A stretch of 64,000 nt of DNA from positions 62,001-126,000 of the forward strand of contig NIVC01000542.1 of assembly GCA_002269645.1 (NCBI GenBank). The letters are read 5' to 3'. Shown piece by piece: positions 62,296-64,000 of the stretch. This DNA is from Macrostomum lignano (Eukaryota). A program made the position numbers and the translations under genes. Each line of letters opens with the position of its first letter. The first letter of the stretch is position 1. The notes beneath the pieces were generated by a model. The model was not told the DNA's origin and made no database searches. It saw only the letters and a program-made list of their open reading frames with translations.

Positions 62296-63345
62296 ACTGA
62301 GAATCTGGAAGTTGTGGTGGCCCAGTAACTGAGGATCTGGGAGTTGTGGTGGCCTAGCAACTGAGGATCTGGGAGTTGTGGTGGCCCAGCAACTGAGGAT
62401 CTAGGGGTGGTGGTCTAGCAACTGAGGATCTGGGAGCTGTGGTAGTCTAGCAACTGAGGATCTAGGGGTGGTGGCCTAGCAACTGAGGATCTAGGGGTGG
62501 TGGCCTAGCAACTGAGGATCTAGGGGTGGTGGCTTCGCAACTGAGGATCTAGGGGTGGTGGCTTCGAAACTGAGGATCTGGGAGTTGTGGTGGCCTAGCA
62601 ACTGAGGATCTGGGAGTTGTGGTCGCCCAGCAACTGAGGATCTGGGAGTTGTGGTGGCTTAGCAACTGAGGATCTAGGGGTGGTGGCCTAGCAACTGAGG
62701 ATCTAGGGGTGGTAGCCTAGCAACTGAGGATCTAGGGGTGGTAGCCTAGCAACTGAGGATCTAGGGGTGGTAGCCTAGCAACTGAGGATCTAGGGGTGGT
62801 GGCCTAGCAACTGAGGATCTAGGGGTGGTGGCTTCGAAACTGAGGATCTGGGAGTTGTGGTGGCCTAGCAACTGAGGATCTGGGAGTTGTGGTCGCCCAG
62901 CAACTGAGGATCTGGGAGTTGTGGTGGCTTAGCAACTGAGGATCTGGGAGTTGTGGTGGCCTAGCAACTGAGGATCTGGGAGTTGTGGTGGCCCAGCAAC
63001 TGAGGATCTGGGAGTTGTGGTGGCCCAGCAACTGAGGATCTGGGAGTTGTGGTGGCCCAGCAACTGAGGATCTAGGGGTGGTGGTCTAGCAACTGAGGAT
63101 CTGGGAGTTGTGGTGGCCCAGCAACTGAGGATCTAGGGGTGGTGGTCTAGCAACTGAGGATCTGGGAGTTATGGTGGTCTAGCAACTGAGGATCTAGGGG
63201 TGGTGGCCTAGCAACTGAGGATCTGGGAATTGTGGTGGCCTAGCAACAGAGGATCTGGGAGTTGTGGTGGCCTAACAACTGAGGATCTAGGGGTGGTGGC
63301 CTAGCAACTGAGGATCTAGGGGTGGTGGCCTAGCAACTAAGGACC
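62296..63345. repeat. 29/32-bp two-type minisatellite with an X-box-consensus core (GTGGCC(T/C)AGCAAC)
   Basis: About 34 units of caactgaggatct(gggagttg/agggg)tggtggcc(t/c)ag. Confidence 0.93.
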
Positions 63346-64000
63346 TAATGGTTGGCAGTGGATCAGCAATTGAGGATCTAAGAAGGCAAATTATAGCAAA
63401 AGGCAGACTATTAGGTGCAACTAAGAATCTGGAAGGTTTGTAGCCCACAAAAGAAAGGTTATTTTAGAGAAAGATAGACCAATATCAGTGAATACATTTA
63501 AAGGGACTTGAAATTTTAAATCAGTTGAATATGAACAATGGGTATTTTTAATAATAAAAGGTTTTAGATTGCTTTCTTTGATAGCAATATAAAATAAATT
63601 AATTTTGTATATAAATTATCAAATATTTTAAAAGCATATAAAGCTGAACATGATTGGGTAAGATTGGGTTATAGCACGTAGGAATATAATTAGTCTACTA
63701 TTTATAGAATTGAAAACCTATAAAAGGATCAATAGACCAAAGAATAGTGTTAATAATGATACTTTATTAGTTTATTTTGAATATTTTGCACAATTTGCTA
63801 CTAGGTCATAATAAATTTTGGAATTAAAATATAAATGCTTATTTTACAAAGAGATATCTTTTTATTTTATTGGATAATTAGGAATGAATCCTTTTTATAG
63901 TCTAAGAGCCTTTATGCTAGAAAATGTTAACATTTTTGCTCCTTTTTAAGAAGAACTTGTTTTTATAGAATTTACATGTCTAATATTGGTATATACACCA

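Noticed and set aside
63400-64000. Mitochondrial insertion (NUMT)
   Set aside because: No frame gave a recognisable mitochondrial protein under TGA=Trp codes, and no rRNA or tRNA motif was seen.

Overview
Eukaryotic (animal) genomic DNA. GC3-rich exons are separated by GT-AG introns, and almost every intron carries its own minisatellite. This style is reminiscent of the free-living flatworm Macrostomum (inference only). Five protein-coding loci are supported. (1) A 13-exon doublecortin-domain EMAP/EML gene of the DCX-EMAP type, 2569-13396 (+), reconstructed exon by exon with consistent phases. (2) A divergent 2-exon 26S proteasome ATPase Rpt6/PSMC5 paralogue, 14914-16885 (+). (3) A SCYL2-like pseudokinase/HEAT gene with core exons at 22330-39622 (+) and probable further 3' exons to about 53089. 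(4) A single-exon secreted prepropeptide with 10 copies of FAAPGQYDW between dibasic sites, 47069-47533 (-), apparently nested in an intron of gene 3. (5) A ceramide glucosyltransferase (UGCG) with an intron-free CDS, 59892-61175 (-). Most long ORFs in the supplied track are artefacts of tandem repeats. The most interesting signals are the neuropeptide precursor that looks like just another repeat, two minisatellites whose units are RFX X-box sites (one in intron 1 of the DCX-EMAP-type gene), and the divergent Rpt6 copy. Exon boundaries were read by hand; no database search was run.
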